From the human T2T-CHM13v2.0 reference genome, Homo sapiens: DNA of 64,000 bases. The position numbers and the translations under genes are program-made. Positions 1 to 13,479 of this stretch are shown here, piece by piece. Positions within the stretch are counted from its first letter, which is position 1. Every line of letters begins with the position of its first letter. The notes under the pieces were generated by a model, which saw only the letters and a program-made list of their open reading frames with translations, had not been told where the DNA came from and did not search any database. The DNA lies in NCBI RefSeq assembly GCF_009914755.1, contig NC_060935.1; one strand, written 5' to 3'.

Positions 1-429
1 AAGAGGGAAAAAGACTTATTCTAGGCAGAGAATATGTGAACTGAGGCCTGATAGAATGAGATGTATGGATTTTTCTCAACACGTATCTATCAGTCTATCA
101 TGTGCCAGGTAAGATGAGAACTGAAAAAGGGCCTTGAATTAAAAAACCTGGTCATTGGTGCATTGATGTCCTTAATGAAGGCAGGCATTGGATTGGTGGG
201 GGTGGAGGGGCTAAATGGGAGATAAGGAAGTAGAGATAGTATTGTTTTATATTGGTTAAAGTTGTGATTTATAGCTATTGTTTTTTCCCCAGGTTGGGCT
301 TACAATTCTGCTCCTCAGTTTACATCCTCCATGGTCAGGTCTTGTTCTAACTTCCCAGCAAGTAATGGATTTGTCTCATTGTTTATTGTATTCCATGATA
401 CTCCTATAATTCTGCTTTATAGCACAGTA

Positions 430-645
430 GGAAAGAGTTTAGACTCTTGAGTCAAAGTAGATTGAGTCTGAATCCTGGCCTCAGAACTTGCTGGCTGATT
501 TGACCATGGGTATTATATAAACATGATGAACCTCAGCTTCCTCAGAGGTAAAATGGAGCTATTAATGGTATCTCCCTTGTAGCATTTTTGAAGGGACTAA
601 ATAAAATTTTCTGTGAATCTGGCATAGGGTAGTGCCTCAGTTAAA
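430..645 (+). mobile_element. MIR SINE fragment
   Basis: MIR core: 'gagtctgaatcctggcctc...cctcagcttcctc...gtaaaatggag...taatggtatct'. Boundaries approximate. Confidence 0.7.
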
Positions 646-657
646 AATAGTAGTTTT

Positions 658-1645
658 TTCCCCCATATCTTGACTATTGTTAATAATCCTACAATGAACA
701 CGGGAGTGTGGATATCTCTTCAACATACTGATTTCAGTTCTTGGATATTGAGTGCTGGATGACATGGTGATTCTATTTTTAGACTTTCTTTTTTTTTTTT
801 GAGGAACTGATATGGGAGTGGGGCAGGGAAATGCTAGGTGGTGAAGGGTGTGGGGTCCCTGGCGAGGGCTCCACCCTTGGGCCTGTACCCACAGACCTAA
901 GTGAGGACAGGCACTCCTGTTTTCACGCCCAAGTGTTGCACTTTCCAAGACCACTCTGGCCTGCCATGCCCCCCCATCCTGTGCCTGTAAAAACCCCGAG
1001 ACCCTAGCAGGCACATACCACAAGCAGCTGGATGTTGAGAGGAACACACTGGCAGAAAAACACACTGACAGAGGTCAGCAGGCCATCGATGGCAGAATGA
1101 CGTGGACGCCAAAGGAAATTCAGCCAATGGTGGTTGGAGGAGAGCCCAGTTACTACGCGGCCAGACTCCAGGGGAAGACCATCTTCCCACTCCATCCCCT
1201 TTCTGGCTCCCCACCCATCTCCTGAGAGCTACTTCCACCACTCAATGAAACATTGCACTCATTCTCCAAGCTCACGTGTAATCCAATTTTTCCGGTATAC
1301 TAGGGCAAGTACCCCAGGATACAGAAGGCCCTCTGTCCTTGCAATAAGGCAGAGGGTCTAATTGAGCTAATTAACACAAGCTGCCTGCAGACAGCTCAGC
1401 AGAAAGAGCACAGTTTAACACATGCCCACTGGGACTTCGGGATCTGTAAACAATCCTAGACACTGCCGTGGTGTTGGAGCCCCATGACTTGCCCATCTGC
1501 ATGCTTCCCCTAGAGGACTGAGCAGTGGGGCACTGAAGAAATGAGCCACCCCTATCACATGCCCTGTGAGGGGGATAAGGGAAAACTCCTCCCATTACAG
1601 AGCCTTTATACTTTTTTCCAAAATGGCTATACTAATTTACAATAA
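658..1645 (-). mobile_element. Old L1 (L1M-type) 3' ORF2 fragment split by an LTR insertion
   Basis: Antisense L1 text '...ttgaggaac' stops at 807 and resumes at about 1600 with '...ttccaaaatggctatactaatttaca'. Confidence 0.7.
808..1599 (+). mobile_element. Solo LTR, LTR1 family (ERV1, HUERS-P2-related)
   Basis: TG...CA termini (tgatatggg...cccattaca), 4-bp target-site duplication gaac/gagc (1 mismatch), and similarity to the recalled LTR1 consensus. Confidence 0.8.
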
Positions 1646-2609
1646 CATTTATTAAAATAACACTTTGAAAAAGTGTCAGTTTTGTTATTGTTCTATTTCT
1701 AGTAGCTAAGCCCCCTTTAACAGTCTTTATAGAATGAATATAGTGAAAAACTATTTTCAAATTTACTAGAAAATAGTTTGTCATTTGAATAAAGTAGGTC
1801 TGAGGACATTTGTGCCTTCTCAGAGCTCAGTTCATGGCAGTGACCGAGGAGGAGGTTATTAGGTTCATAATTTTGAGGGTGTGGGAGAACCAGGATTGCC
1901 TGAAGTCTTACTACTAGGGTTTTCTTCATCTAGTTAGTTGACAGGAGCCAATGTATCTGTTGGGCATTCTGCCCCACAACTCCTCGATCATTGCCATTGG
2001 CTCACTCATGACTTTGGGACCAATATTCTTCATAGGGATAGGGAAATATGAAAGTTGCCCCATCAGCAGCTCAGTGACTCAGCTGTCAGGACTTTGCACA
2101 CTGTACATATACCGCAGTGGTAATAACTGAGCACTTACTGTGTTCTTTACTAATGTCCTGTATGACTAAGGTCTTGCCCTCCACTCTTACCTAGAACTCG
2201 GTTCATTCTCCTCAATTCCAGAGCTGAAGTCTTCCTAAGATTGGGTCTTTTCTGTTGCCCTGAGTGACTTTTGATTCTGATTGCTTCCTTTCCTGGATCT
2301 CTACTGATTCTATACTATCAGGCTCCACCCTGAAAGAATTCATCTGCCTGCTGGGATCTGTGTCTATTGCCACTTCAGACCTCTCTGATATTGAGTACTT
2401 ACCTGCCTATGCATCACATCATTGTCTAGGGTTATAGCTTTGCAAATTACCTGGTTTCCCCTCATGAGACTTTGTGTTGATTGGATCCTAGCCTAACCAA
2501 GTCTGGTCTGTTCTGCTGCCAGCCAATCCCAGGTTCTGCTATCCTTGTCCTTCTCATGGCCTTTGCATCTTGAGTTATGGAACTCTTTAAAGCAATTCTG
2601 CCTTTGGAC

Positions 2610-2915
2610 CCATAAAATTTTAAAGTTTGTATTAGCCACATTTTAAAACATACAATGAAGCAGCTGACATTAATTGTAATTTAATCCAATATTTTGTTCA
2701 TTTTATATTAGTTATCTAACTGAATATATACAAAAATACCATTTAAATATGTAACAAATGTAAAAATACTAATAAGATATTTTGTCATGCCAAGACTTTG
2801 AGATCTGGTGTGTATTTTATACTTTGTCACATCTCAATTCAGAGTAGAACTGCTGGAATGTAATTCACATTTAGAGTGCCTCATAGGTGGTGGCTACTGT
2901 ACTGAACAGTGTTGT
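2610..2915. mobile_element. MER33-like hAT-Charlie non-autonomous DNA transposon
   Basis: 'tagccacattttaaaa...tctggtgtgtattttatact...cacatctcaattcag...gtggctactgtactgaacag' resembles MER33/MER3. Confidence 0.6.
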
Positions 2916-3124
2916 TCCAGAAATGGATGGGAGCATCTGTCCTTCACAGGCAGAGAAGAAAAGCTCATCTCTGATACACTGAATTTCAACTAAGAGGAAA
3001 TCCACATCCTGACATATCTGTATATGTCTCTTGCATTATTTACAACTCTGACAACTACATTCTTGGCCACTAGCATTCTTGTTACAGTATGCATGTATGC
3101 ATTTATGCATATAATAAAATAACC

Positions 3125-3420
3125 TCATTTATTCATTCATTGATTTATTTGCCAAATATTTATTGGGAATGTTCCAGTTGTTACTGGCACTGTTCTAGCT
3201 TCTTGGAATACATCAGTAACGAAAGAGAGAAATATTTTGCCCTTGTGGAGTTTACATCATACCAGGAAGAAGCAGGTAATAAATCAGTAATAATAAATAA
3301 TTATATAACATGAATGTTAGAATGTGATAGTGGTATGTAAAAAAGGAAAATTAGGGAAGCCTAAGTGGGTTGGGGGTCTGGGGAGGGGAAGTGAGTTGTA
3401 GCTTTAAATAGAACATAAAA
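3125..3420 (-). mobile_element. L2 3'-end fragment
   Basis: 'cattcattc...aaatatttattg...ggcactgttctag...tgcccttgtggagtttacat' is typical L2 tail sequence. Confidence 0.65.
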
Positions 3421-3453
3421 TATACAAGATAATAATATAGAAGATAATAGAAG

Positions 3454-3688
3454 AAATATGAGAAGAAATATAGAAGATAATAGAACATAAATGGAAGATA
3501 AAGAAGTAGGTGATGAGATCACAGAGGTTAATAAATATGAGAAGAAATACAGAAGATAATAGAACATAAATGGAAGATAAAGAAGTAGGTGATGAGATCA
3601 CAGAGGTTAATAAATATGAGAAGAAATACAGAAGATAATAGAACATAAATGGAAGATAAAGAAGTAGGTGATGAGATCACAGAGGTTA
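3454..3688. repeat. Tandem repeat, 79-bp unit x about 3
   Basis: Unit starts 'aaatatgagaagaaat' at 3454, 3533 and 3612; copies are nearly identical. Confidence 0.95.
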
Positions 3689-3972
3689 CTGGGGTCAAGT
3701 CAGGATCCTAGGCTAGGTGCTGTCTGAGATTCAAAGGTGAGTCAGACAAAGCCCCATTCTTAAGGGAGTCTATCAAGAGCAACATAACAAATATATTGAT
3801 AGTTATGATGCAATGGTAAATATAACAATTGTCATGAAAGAATTTGCAAAAGATACCACAGGAATTAAAAAGAAGATTCCTAAAGGAGGCAATGTGGTAG
3901 AAGAAAGAACATGGGCTTTGAAGTTAAATAGACCTGGATTTGCATCCCAGCTCTCATCTTACCAGCTGTCAA

Positions 3973-4152
3973 TAGGATGAACAATGATCCTGGATTGCCC
4001 AGGTCAGTCTGGTTTTAACACTGAAAGTTCTACATCCTGAGAAACGACTCAGTCTCAGTTTTAGCACTGAAAGCCCAACATGAGAAGCATCTCAGTACAT
4101 TTTTACCATTGAAAGTCCCCACTTCAGTTCCTGGCAAACTAGTTTGGTTGGT
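3973..4152. mobile_element. MER81-like (hAT-Blackjack) element inserted in a MIR
   Basis: 'taggatgaac...ttgcccagg...ggttttaacactgaaagt...ctcagt...ggcaaact...ggttggt', with internal repetition of 'tttagcactgaaag'. MIR sequence flanks both sides. Confidence 0.55.
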
Positions 4153-4461
4153 TTGTGTGACTCTGGGCCTGTATACCCACAATTAAGAATAAATCCAATC
4201 TTGTGTGGTTGACTTAAGGATTATATATAAAATACATAAAACACTTGTCACATTGGAGGCAGTAAATATATGGTATTTGTTATTTGATTGATGGGGTCAA
4301 GGGAAGACTTCATGGAAGTGGTAGGGTTTGACTTAGATTTTGAAAGAATAATGAAATCTTATTTGATATAGGGCAAGATAATGCTTAACTGGCAAAGATG
4401 GATAGAGATAGAAAATAGGGCAAAGGGAACAGGATGACCCAAAACACAGGAAAAGAAAAAT

Positions 4462-4526
4462 TGTGGGGCATCTTCTAGGGATTGGCTAACTGTGGGGCAT
4501 CTTCTAGGGATTGGGTTAAGTGTGGG
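4462..4526. repeat. 29-bp tandem duplication
   Basis: tgtggggcatcttctagggattgg at 4462 and 4491. Confidence 0.9.
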
Positions 4527-5052
4527 ATATGATAAGTACAAGAAAGGATTAAGGTTTAAAAAGGTGATTTAAGACTTCTTCCTATATATGTTAAATGCAA
4601 AGAAGAGGAGTTTTTAAATTCAAATCGCAAATATTGTTTGATTTCCCAAGTTTTGTCTTGGTAAATATGTTTAATTAATGCTTACTTGTGTTGCTATTAA
4701 GCCAGATAAGCCAAGCTCAGAGACATAATTTCTGGTTTTTAATAGAGTGTTGCAGAGTCATATTGTTCATAAATTACATGTAAATTATGGTGAGCTGTAC
4801 TTATTTGTAGTTTGTAAAGAGTGTTATAGCATGAAAGTTATTTCATAGCCATTTTTATTTTTATTGGTATTATCTAACATTTGGCATTAGACCTAGGTGA
4901 TTGATTATTTTAAAATACAGATTATTCACTGAAAATTACAGCAATAATCCCATGAACACATGTTAAACTTTCACAGTAGGATAAATTATATTTCAATTCT
5001 GTGGAAGCAATCAAATGATAAATAAGTTTTTGGTTTCAGGAAAATTGGGGTT

Positions 5053-5384
5053 TGTCTTAGTCCTTTTGTGCCACTATAAGAGAATATCTGAAACTGGATA
5101 ATTTATAATTAACAGAAATGTATTGGCTCACAGTTCTGGAAGTTGGAAAATCACTGGCATTGGTCTGATGAGGGCCTTCTTGCTGTGTCCTTCTATGGCA
5201 CAAGGTACAAGGACAAGAGAGCAAGGAGGGGGCCAAACTCACACTTTATAATGGCACAAATCCTGCCCCGAGGGTGGAGCCCTCACACCCCATCACCTCG
5301 CAAAGGTCTCATCTCCAAACACTGCCACAACTGCAACCAAATTTCAACATTAGTTTAGAGGGAAGAGACATTTGAACTATAGCA
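5053..5384 (-). mobile_element. MaLR solo LTR (MST/MLT1A type)
   Basis: tgtcttagtcc...aactatagca with a perfect 5-bp TSD gggtt (5048-5052 / 5385-5389). Confidence 0.85.
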
Positions 5385-5571
5385 GGGTTCAACTTCAGAA
5401 CACCACATTTTATTAAGTTAGTATATTAACTCTGCTGTGCTTTAATTAATTTTTCTTGTATTTCTAGGTGTTAAAAAGGCCTAGCACCTTGTAAGGAGAG
5501 AGTGTGTGGTATAGTGGTTAAGAGGGAAAACTCTTTAATCAGACTGCCTAGTTTTGAATAATGGCTCTCCC

Positions 5572-8500
5572 TGGTGGTGACCCCTTGCTGCAGTGCCTAT
5601 ATCTCCATTCAAGGAAGGATTTGTTAGCCCCTCTGGATTGACAAAGCTGTAGAGAGCCCCCTTGCCCAAGTTCATACTGCCCCTCTACCCTGCCCACCAC
5701 TACCCAGAGGTAGCCCACATGCATTTACTGATTGAGCCAGTGGTATAAAGACCTGGCCATTTTTGCCTAATGAAAGACAACACCATTGGGCCATTTTTGC
5801 TCTAGCCCTGTGGGGTTTGTTGTTGAAATTATATCACAGATGAACATCTCCGCCTGTGCACTCTGTATATCTTCTCCTCTCTCACACACAGTTATTGATC
5901 CCAAGGGTAATCCTTAATGAACAGTTCTGCATAGCGAACCTCATATCAGAGTCTGATTATCAGATGACTCAGTCTGCCATAATTGATGCCTAGAATGGTC
6001 TGAGAAAGCAGGTAATAAGATGGGGTTTGGTGGTGAGATTGCTTGCTGCCTGACTGGCAATGTTCTGAGGTTTGTGGAGCACAGACAACCCTGGACATGT
6101 GGTGGTCCTATAGTTAAAACTTTTACTGGTGGTAAATTTGGCTGGTAAATGGGTAGAAGGGGATGCAGTAGCTGATTCTATATATCAAGCATCCACAAGT
6201 ATGAGGAGAAAGTAATGTTAGGGGAAGTGAAATTGGATGGCTATTGCTAAGCTCATTTGACACTCTAGAAAAAGAGAACAAAAGACAGACTGCTTAATAG
6301 TCAATCGAAAGCCTGTGTGCAAGCCAATGGGCTTCCTTCCTATCATACAAACAGCCCATTGTGTCCTGCAGAGGGAGGTCAGAGAAAGCTGGATCAGGCA
6401 TAGTACTTAATCATCAGAGTGGCTGAGCCTCAAAGAAGATTAAACTCCCAGTCAAGGTAAGTCTGCCATGAAAGAATAGGACACTGGCACATGCAATAGC
6501 AACATCTGGGTTGTTACTCCAGAACTTTTAAACCCCTAGACTTCTCTGAAAGTCCTGATCCTTCAGAACTGGCCAGCTCTCTCTCTCTCTTAATAGCTTC
6601 CACCAAATCCCTTGTATTTGCAGACAGTAGAGAGGTCTCTTCTTAGCAAGTCAACATGTGACCCCTCAGAATGTCTCCTCATATCCCTGCCCCCACAATG
6701 AATAAAACTAATGAGGATTAAATAACAGCATAATCAATCTGGGAAGCACTGAGCTTGGAAATGGAGGAAAGGAACTATACCCCAAAGGAGCTGCACGACC
6801 CAGCTAGACTGTGTGGACAGGAGCCAGGGGAGACATGAGGGACTGGATTCTGAAGGGTGCTTGATCAGAGGGGCAGGAACATAAGAATGAAGAAGGAAGA
6901 AGGAGAGTTTGATAATTCTGGGAGTACACTCCCAAAATATAGAATTTATACCGTGACAGAGACCCCAGAAAATGGTGAGGAATTGTTATTACAGTGGGCT
7001 AGAAGCATGGGAAAAGCAATGGCCCACGCTCAGTGAGGTTGAAATGCTGGGTTTGCTGTGGAAGATGGTGAAAGAAGGGATTTAAAAATTCAGGGAACTG
7101 GGCATGTAGAGTAAATATTCTGTGTAAGGCTGGAAAACCCACCAGATGATTAGGTTTTAGGGAAAGGGACAGAGAATACACCATTTACAAAGGCTATAAA
7201 AATTGCACCAGCATCACTGTAGACTCTCCTCTGTAGGCCAGAGCTGGTGATAGGAGAGACCAATCTAGAACTGGTCTCATTGATAGCAATGGGGATGATA
7301 GGAGCAAAAACAATTGAAACCAGGTGGTAGCACTGAACTTTTAAAATCCAGGTGAATGCAGTTATCATAAAGACCATTAAGGTCAGAGAAGCAGTGAAGG
7401 GGGTGTGATCCTCAGATCATTATGAAGGTGCTAAATAAAGAACATGTTGCTAGGGCAAGATAAGAGGCAATCCAGAAAGATAGTGCTCAACTAGCACCAT
7501 CAGAAGAAATCAAGTATGGATGGTTAAGGAGACTGAGTGTAGTTTTGCCAACAAAAAGCCATAATCACTAGCCAAATGTTTGAACTAGAGCCAGCATTTG
7601 GACCTAGAACCCAATGATGGAAGAAGATCCTGGGTCCTAAGGGAGCTGGCAATATCTCAGTAAGCAGTGGCAGTAATGATTCCCCATCCTTCCCCAATGA
7701 AAGCAACAACCATGTTCCAGGGCAACTGAAGATAGGGAAAGAGGAATACACAAACGTTTGGAAGATTGCTAGACACAAGGCCTGAGTTGACATTGATACC
7801 TTGAAACCTGAAGCATCACATGTCCTCCTACACTCCCTCTTTTCCTCTTCTAATCAGTGTACATGGGATCCACTCAATAAATGGAGTTCTAGCCAAAGTA
7901 TACCTCAAAGAGGGACTTTTGGGATCCTTAAGCTCACCTGTTGGTCAGTTCTTTGGTCACTGAAGGCACAATTTGAATGGGCATATTTGATATTCAGTAC
8001 AACTATCACATTGGACCTTTAACCTGTGGGATAAGAGCTATCGTAGTGAGGGAAGACCAGGTGGAGAACTTTCACATGCTCTCCCCTGCCTCATCCAAAT
8101 TAATGAATCAAAACAATATTAAATCCTGGGGACTGGGAGTGGTGGAAATTAATACTGTCCTAAAGATTCTAAATGACACAGGGGTGATGTTTCACATCAT
8201 ATCTCCATTTAATCCCCAGTTTGGACCCTGAAGAAACTAGATGGATCTTGGAAGATGACAGCATGCTATCATAAACTGAAATCAAGTAGTAGTGCTAATT
8301 GTAGCCACCACACCACATGTGACATCTGTGCTCAAGCAGATGACATGCCCTCAGGCACGTGGTATGCAGACATTGATCTGGCAAATTTATTCTCTTTTTC
8401 CTGTCAGAAAAGAAAAACAGAAACAGTTTTAGTTGTGAAAAGGACAAGAGTATACATTTAACAGTTTTGCCTCAGTGGTATAACTGCCATTCTGTCATGA

Positions 8501-9720
8501 TATGGTTTGAAGAGATATGAACTGTTATATCAATAATATCAACCATTTAATATGTACATCAAATATGCACTGGGTAGTGAGCATTCTAAGATGTTGTCAT
8601 AGACTGCTGAAGTCCCAGCTGAAGCACCGGTTTGGAGATCTATATTATGAGGATGGGATGCTGTCCTCCAGGATTTAGTGTATATCTTGAGTCATATCTT
8701 TATACAGCACTGTGTTCTCAATAGGAAGAATACTTGAGTCCAGGAACTAAGGGGTGGAAAGAGGAGTGGCTCTGCTTGTAATCTCTCCCACAAATCCCCT
8801 TGGGAAACTTGTGCTTCTTGTCCCTACAACTTTTGTATGTGCAGTATGATCTTCACATCAACTTTGGGATTTGCAGTTCTCATGGCCCAAAGAGGGGACA
8901 CTTTCACCAGGGGTACATAAAAATGATCATTGAACTATATGCTGTGGTTAATATCTGGGTAATTCAAGCTTATTATTCATAGGGAACATTAGACAAGAAG
9001 TGAAGTCAGATCTTGGGTAATTAACTCTGATGATCAAGAATAGGAAATGCAGTTACAAAATGGGGAAAGGCAGAAATATGTTTGGTACCCAGTTGAGGTA
9101 CTGCTCAACTGGGTGCCTCTTGGTGCTTTCTCAACCAGTTGTGACAGTAAATGTACAATGCAGCCACCACCCCACTGTGAGGCTCAGGGGTTCAGACCCT
9201 TCAGGAACGATTGTTCAGGCCAATAGTTAAGTAACTGAAACTGGCAGAAGTGCCAGCCAAGGGTGAGAGGAATCTGGAATAGATAATAGAGGAGGGAGAG
9301 TATCAGTATTAGTTGAGACCAGCTGTAGACCAATCTTTTTGTAAATTTCCCCCAGGAAGATAGGTTACTAGATTTTGGACATGCTGCCCTCTTCATATAA
9401 ATGAAAGAGAGGATTCAAGCAACATGAGGAGTAGAATGGGTTGGACACTGTGATGTGTCACCAAGATCTCTCTTTAATGAAGGGCCTGTTGCCCGCTCTC
9501 TGCAAATGCTGTTGACAAACAGCTTTTAGGTCTCAAGAATTGCTTCAGGTCTAATGAGCCACTTTGCTTATGGTCCCACCCTTCTGAGTGGGCCCCTGAT
9601 TGAGACGAGGTTACCAAGTTCTGGCCCTTTTTGTCCCAATGTAGAACCATTCTTGTGAGCTGTTTTCTCTCTTTTTTCAAATGATTGATAAAGCTATGAT
9701 CAGGTCTGCATCAGAGCTCA
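5572..9720 (+). mobile_element. Ancient class III (ERVL) provirus, HERV16/ERV3-16A3-like with LTR16-type LTRs; internally deleted and fully decayed
   Basis: LTR16-like block at about 5572-5981. ERVL gag relics (YTPKEL..., DWIL, LDQ.GRNI near 6775-6890), protease relic LLDT.PELTLIP (about 7765), RT relics SPFN..., DGSWKMT..Y.KL and WYADIDLAN (8200-8390). Purine tract followed by a partial second LTR from about 9449. Confidence 0.7.
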
Positions 9721-10524
9721 GCTTCAGCATTTGCATTCAGTAAACACTAGCTATTGTTGATTAACAAACAGGATTATTTTCAGGATAGAGTAAGAAAAAA
9801 GAGGTGAGACTATTGTGAAAATATTTTAATGATCAGTGTTCATATAAATAACAAGTTTCCTATATTAACATATTTTTTGCCTGACACAAAAGGTAGAAGT
9901 AATTTTATGCCATTAGAAATATTTTATTTTCCTCTCTTGCCTCTACTGTTGTGTTTCCCATGGTTACAGTTACCTGGAGAAACTGATTTCTTTCACACAT
10001 TAAACCCTGCGAAATGAATGGGATGATGTAACCAATCTTCTAATCACAACTGTGTGGGTGTGTGGAGGGGTGTGTGTGTGTGTATATTCAAACCATAGAC
10101 ACTTAACAGAGGTTCTGTGACAGAGTTTTCACTCTTGAAGTGTCAGCGCTGCAAACAGTATAAATATTAAACAACAATACAGTGTTAGCTTTTTTTTAAC
10201 TCTAAAAGAAAAATAACTTTGTTCCACCAATTCAGCTAATAATTTTAACACCCATTACGTTCCTTTTGACACCCATTACGTTCCTGGTCCCAATCTAGAA
10301 ATGAGGGATATGAATAAGTGATCCCCAAAATCTTACTCTTTAGAAATTTTTAGATACCTATTTTTATGTTTTCTAATTTCCTGGTAATTCCTACTAATGT
10401 GGTCATTGAGGAGTCAACTAAAAAAGGAGTCTTTTAATTTAATAATAATATAATAACTGCCATCTGTGAAGCACTTACTGTGTGGCAGACATCATGCTAA
10501 TAGTTTTATTAATATTTAAGCAAA

Positions 10525-11615
10525 CTTAATAAATATTTATGAAACAGCCTCTGTGTACCAGGCACATAGTGAACACTAGCACGATGGTCTATGCATCAGG
10601 CACATTGCCTGTCCTTGCAGCACTGATTGCCTTGTTGGGAAGACAAACCTACAATATAAAAAATGCTACATTATGGAAAGAAAAGGATAGTATTGAACAA
10701 AGAATAACATAGAAGAAGTCTGAAACTACTTTTGCATGGTCAGGAAAAGTTTTTCAGAAAAAGTGATATCTAAGCTGAGACCTGGAACATAAGCAGGCAT
10801 TGGCTAAGAGATTGAAGGCTTCAGAGGAGAAATAGCATGCACAAAGAGCAGAGGAACCAGACAATTTTATCAAGCTGGAAAGCAATGTAGTTAGTGGGAA
10901 ACAGTGGTAAAGGCATCTAGAGAAGGGAGCAGAGGACCAGCCAATCATAACAGACCTTGCATACCCATAAAGCAGTACCCATGAATGTACCCTCTACTTT
11001 TTCCTAGGGCAATGGGAAGCCATTACCAGGATTTTGGTAAGGAGACAGATGACTTTTTGTATTTGCAGTTGAAAAGTTTCATTCTGGCTGCATCATAGGT
11101 TACAGAGGTAAGCAAGACCAGAGGCAGCAAGGTGGCTATTCAGATCGTCTCTGTGTTAGAGGTTAGTAGTTTGGATAAGGAGAACTTTGGGATTAGCAAG
11201 ACATTTAGACGTTCAAAGCATGTTTAGAAAACAGTAATAATAGTTATTAGGGAATGTTTTGGGATGTGGTACTGAGGCCAAGGAAGAACAGGAATGCTGC
11301 ACTTAGTCCTGCAGATGTTGCCTTGAACAAAGGATGGCTGCTCAGGAAATGAGTAGGTGCTGATTTTTCTGTGAGCCCAGCTTACCTGATTGTGTGCTCT
11401 GGCATGGCCTATGTCCATCAGGAGAAAAGAAGATCTTTTCTAAGTTGCACAAAGATGCCATATGGGCTACTAGTGACCGTGCAGGATGTTAACTGTAATC
11501 CCAAGGTTTCTAGTTTGGACAATTGGATTACTGCTAGCACCATTTGCTGAGACTGGGGACAGAAGTGGTCGTGGGGAGGAAAGTCATGAACGCAGTTTGC
11601 ACTACAGGCTGGGAA
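10525..11615 (-). mobile_element. L2 fragment(s)
   Basis: L2-like text including 'aaatatttatg...tgtgtaccaggcac', 'ggcaatgggaagccatt' and 'caccatttgctgagactgggga'. Boundaries approximate. Confidence 0.55.
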
Positions 11616-11617
11616 GG

Positions 11618-11623
11618 GTGTGT

Positions 11624-11657
<34 letters not shown>
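11618..11657. repeat. (TG)n microsatellite
   Basis: Run of tg dinucleotides. Confidence 0.95.
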
Positions 11658-11659
<2 letters not shown>

Positions 11660-11925
11660 GTTGGTTAATCGATACAAATACATAGTTAGATAGAAGAAAT
11701 AAATTCTAATGTTCAATAAATAGGGTAAGGTGACTATAGTTAATAACAGTATATTGTATCTTTCAAAGTAGCTAGAAGAGAGGATTTGAAATGTTCCCAA
11801 CACAGAAATGATACATACTTGAGGTGATGGATACCCTAAATACCATGACTTGCACATTCTGTGCATGTAGCAAAGTGTCATATGTACACTATAAAAATGT
11901 ACAAATATTGTGTATCAGTAAAAAC
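11660..11925 (+). mobile_element. L1MA-type 3' end
   Basis: 'gctagaagagaggatttgaaatgttcccaacacagaaatgata...gaggtgatggataccc' is L1MA 3' UTR. Confidence 0.8.
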
Positions 11926-12299
11926 TTTTGAAGTAATAGTAAGCCCATTTTATAAGAGAAATTGAGTCGTAGAGAGATTGGTGTTTTTCTTGAGGACATA
12001 TAGTTAGTAAATGGTAAAACTAGGATTCAGATCTTGATGCTATATTTTTTCATTCCTATAATTCCTACGAAATAAGAAAGACAAAAGTCAATTACCATAT
12101 TGTGGTGTCAATTACCATATTATGGGAACTACATTATGAAAATAGATGTGATTTTATTTGGGAAATGTACCTGAAAAATTGTTAAGTCATTTGTGTATTG
12201 TATATTTCACTTCTGAATATCCAGAAACTTAATTTCAAGAAATGTTTTTGCCTGTAAGCTTTCTTTTCACTTTTCCTGTCTTCCCTCCTGCTGTTGTAT

Positions 12300-12302
<3 letters not shown>

Positions 12303-12335
<33 letters not shown>

Positions 12336-12596
12336 AGATGGAGTCTCACTCTGTCACCCAGGCTGGAGTGCAGTGGCCCAATCTCAGCTCACTGCAACCT
12401 CTGCCTATGGGGTTCAAGCAATTCTCTGCCCCAGCCTCCTGAGTAGCTGGGATTACAGGCATCTGCCACCATGCCTGGCTAATTTTTATATTTTTAGTAG
12501 AGATGGGGTTTCACCACGTTGGCCAGGCTGGTCTTGAACTCCTGACTTTGTGATCCACTTGCCTCGGCCTCCCAAAGTGCTGGGATTACAGACATG
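12303..12596 (-). mobile_element. AluS (Sg-like)
   Basis: Poly(T) followed by antisense Alu dimer; 2-bp-deleted 'cctgac..gtgatcc' with 'ggccaggctggtcttgaactc'. Confidence 0.9.
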
Positions 12597-12964
12597 GATT
12601 TTCTCTCTCTCTTTTTTTAAAGCCCTTTCTCTTCTCTGTTATTCAAGCTCCAACTGTAGCCTTACTTCCTCCAAGAAAAGATTCCAAACATCCTACATGA
12701 TGTAAATATTCCTCTCATGAGCTTCCTGGGCATCTTGTGTATACTTTCACTTGAATTATGACATTACCCTAATGTTGGTTTACTTTTAGTTTTATATTCC
12801 TAGTACCTGGCACATAGTTACTGTTCAGTAAAGAGTGTTTGATAGAATACTGTGTGAGTGAACCACTTCTCAAGGCACACCTCTTCTAATAAGCCTTCAT
12901 TGATTTACCCATTCTATCACCTAGTCCTGTGACTCCCAGACATAAGTGGACATAAAAATGAACT

Positions 12965-13105
12965 AGGAATTTTTTTAAAAACATAGATTTACAGGCTTCA
13001 CTCCAGACCTACTGAATCTGAGCCAGGGCCAAGTTATCTGGACTTAGAAAATGTTTCCCACATGACTATACAGTCCGACCACCCATTTAGGAACCACTGC
13101 TTTAG
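12965..13105. mobile_element. MER5-type DNA transposon fragment
   Basis: 'ccagacctactgaatc...ttaggaaccactgctttag'. Confidence 0.6.
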
Positions 13106-13479
13106 CCCCCAGCACAGTCTGATAAAACTCTTCTACCAATGTGTGCTTACAGTTGTTATATTTTATATGGTGGTTTAGGTAATCAATTTGTTATATCATC
13201 ATTAAGGAATTTTGAGATAATTATATATGTCTAAACTTTTTAATATAACACCAGAAACTCAGTAGGGTGATAATGGTGATAATACATGCTTGTCCACAGC
13301 TTGTCCACAGAGTATTCTCCTATGTCTCACATCTTAAATTTACTTAGTTACTTACAGTCCTTTCATTTTAAGAGAGTTGCATGTCACACTTTGTATATTA
13401 AGTAAAATTTATATAAACGTACACATGAAACAGGTATTTTTTCTACTTCTTGGTAAAACACATTTTGTATGATCATATT

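Noticed and set aside
637-1595. Cluster of 60-140 aa ORFs on both strands
   Set aside because: Incidental frames in a GC-rich LTR1 solo LTR and adjacent L1; no protein motifs.
3361-3646. Two hydrophobic ORFs with identical N-termini (apparent paralogous membrane peptides)
   Set aside because: Artefact of the 79-bp tandem repeat read on its T-rich strand.
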